This document shows, in pieces, positions 62,960 through 64,000 of a stretch of 64,000 bases of DNA. Position 1 is the stretch's first letter. Every line of letters begins with the position of its first letter. A model generated the notes under the pieces. That model was not told where the DNA came from. It made no database searches and saw nothing but the letters and a program-made list of their open reading frames with translations. Location of the stretch: NCBI GenBank assembly GCA_963514005.1, contig OY740801.1, positions 4,092,001-4,156,000 on the forward strand, written 5' to 3'. The position numbers and the translations under genes are program-made. The stretch comes from Raja brachyura. Taxonomy: Eukaryota.

Positions 62960-64000
62960 GAGCTTTGATCTTAATCCAGAGGTAAGGTGAATGTAACTAC
63001 ACTTGACGTTAAGGCGGTGTTTGACCCAGTGTGGCATTAATGAGGCATGGTAAACCTGAAGTCAAAGGGCATCAAGGGACCTCCAATGATCCGTTATAAC
63101 TTGACCAAAGGCAGATAGTTGTATTTGTCAAGGATAAATCATTGGAACATGGAAAATAGGTTCAGGAGTAGGCCATTCAGCCATTCGAGCCACCACCATT
63201 CAATATGATCATGGCTGATCATTCAAAATCAGCACCCCGTTCCTGCTTTCTCCTTTCATTCCGTTAGCCCCAAGAGCTAAATCTAACTCTGTCTTGAAAA
63301 CATCCAGTGAATTGGCCTCCATAGCCTTCTGTGACAGAGAATTTCACAAACTTTCTGGATGAAAAGGTTTTCCTCATGAAAACCCAACATCAGGGGGGTA
63401 TCGTAGACCTAACCATCATCAGCTCCTCCGTCATTCCATTTCTTTGTTCCGTCATGCCGCGAGATAGACGGAAGTTCACTGATGATTGTGTCATGTTCAA
63501 TTCCTTTAGCAACTCCTCAGCAAATGAAGCAGTCCGCTCATCAAAACCGAGACAATATTCTGACCATTGGTTGCCCTGCGTCAAGTAGGATTCATATCAT
63601 AAAAGTGCTATTGGTTGATCATTTCCAACAAGAAAGATCCAAACCACGTATTCTCATTATTAATAAGCATTGCACTATTATTGTTTATTAATTTGTCTGT
63701 TTTATTAAATCTATATATACTGTACTTTTGTTGTTGTTTATAATAGGTCTTACAGAGCACAATGTTTACAAATCTGTTGTGCTGCTGCAATTTTATTGTT
63801 CCGTTTTGGGACATATGACAATATAACACTCTTGACTTGACTTGACTTGACGAGTCATTCACCATCAACATTCTTGGGGGAGAGAGGATGGGGGTGGTCA
63901 CCATTGATTAGAAACTCAACTGGATCAACCATGTCAATAGGGTTTCCCCAGAAGTATTCAGAGGCTGGATGTCCTGCTGTAAATATCGCCTCCTGATACA
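62960..64000 (+). mobile_element. Old LINE RT fragment (same family as 43565-44740) with nested inserts at ~63146-63852
   Basis: TTLDVKAVFDPVWH...LKSKGIKG RT motif. A CR1 tail (minus) lies at 63146-63377 and a Rex-type (TTGAC)n tail ends at ~63851. Confidence 0.6.

Noticed and set aside
58600-64000. Exons of a neighbouring upstream gene
   Set aside because: Only repeat-derived or unassignable frames were found; nothing supports a host-gene exon.

Overview
Vertebrate genomic DNA, very probably from a skate or ray; this is inferred from the repeat complement (HE1-like V-SINEs, CR1 and Rex1-type LINEs, Penelope-type terminal repeats). The window holds one complete protein-coding gene, GNA12 (G-protein alpha-12), on the minus strand. 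It has four coding exons (57657-57385, 39199-38984, 14498-14448, 7795-7226), all introns are GT-AG and phase 0, and the product is 369 aa. A CpG-island promoter lies at about 57.4-58.5 kb and a long, repeat-poor putative 3' UTR runs toward base 1. Almost all other ORFs in the track are chance frames or transposon debris. Most notable: (1) a 1.37-kb fold-back DNA element in intron 1 whose two inverted arms each carry a THAP zinc-finger coding segment (ISL2EU/Harbinger-like ends); (2) three exactly spaced TGATTGAC-N11-CCAAT promoter modules; (3) a non-autonomous Helitron containing a 61-bp copy of intron sequence from 1 kb away; (4) many Penelope-type repeats with a minimal hammerhead-ribozyme-like core; (5) a Galpha13-like CFPxC N-terminus on this Galpha12; (6) a near-perfect 37-bp intronic hairpin. 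All calls were made by eye, with no alignments or database searches.
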